64,000 nucleotides of DNA from Harriotta raleighana. Its lineage: Eukaryota. A model generated the notes under the pieces. That model searched no databases. It saw nothing but the letters and a program-made list of their open reading frames with translations, and was not told the DNA's origin. Of this stretch, positions 63,498 through 64,000 are shown one piece after another. Each line of letters begins with the position of its first letter. Position 1 is the stretch's first letter. Made by a program: the position numbers and the translations under genes. Location of the stretch: assembly GCA_050575255.1 (NCBI GenBank), contig JBNZDD010013632.1, forward strand, positions 2,426,480-2,490,479. Direction: 5' to 3'.

Positions 63498-64000
63498 TTA
63501 CAGAATATATTGTGCTAAGCATAATTTCCATAATGGAAGTTTGGTATCTGGATTCTAACATGTATGTGTGTATGTGGTTAGCTGAAGTGGAGTTACCTGC
63601 TCAATGAAAGCTGAGTTGTAGTATACTGGGGGGAGATTTAAAGATCCGAGAAGAGAACTCGAACAGGAACAAAATTTGAAGTGGGAAGGAGAAAATCCAG
63701 TAAGAGCTAAAATAGGGCACAAAGATCAATAATGTTACACTGAAATTGGAGATATAGTGATGGGTAGGGCCAGGAGAGTGTAAGCAGCAATTAAAGAGCA
63801 AGATGAACATTCTTGGGATACATAAAAGAAAGTCAAATAGGGGAAGGTCGTAAGAGAGATTATCGTGCAGTAGAATTATTTTTCATTAGTTTCTCGTTTC
63901 ATTACAGTGGAACTGTTAGATGTAGGTAATTCTTTCTGCTCCTTTTCCTTCATGTGAACTTGTCTGATCAGGAATAAAGTGAAGAACTAACACCTGTTTG

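Noticed and set aside
61028-64000. Search for CHM exon 9 (MCAVFGG...)
   Set aside because: No matching exon seen; presumed beyond the window.

Overview
Eukaryotic (vertebrate) genomic DNA, AT-rich and intron-dominated, from a draft assembly with N gaps. The repeat content (Deu-type tRNA SINEs with L2 tails, L2/CR1 fragments, Penelope-type terminal hairpins) suggests a cartilaginous fish; this is an inference. Two genes lie head-to-head with start codons about 6.6 kb apart. On the minus strand is exon 1 of a Dachshund-family transcription factor (DACH2 by sequence and synteny; CDS 43138..42567), followed by an intron that fills the first 42.5 kb. On the plus strand are exons 1-8 of CHM/Rab escort protein 1 (49701..61027), with canonical GT-AG junctions and exon sizes matching the human gene as I recall it. 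Nearly all other ORFs in the track are spurious. I found no convincing new multi-gene system. The best second-look items are: two highly decayed tyrosine-recombinase (Ngaro/DIRS-like) retrotransposon fossils, degenerate Penelope-type hammerhead-ribozyme hairpins, a ~95% identical 112-bp inverted duplication in the DACH2 intron, an out-of-frame poly-Gln overlapping uORF at the DACH2 start, substitutions in conserved REP1 motifs, several enhancer-like motif clusters, and false tandem duplications at single-N contig joins.
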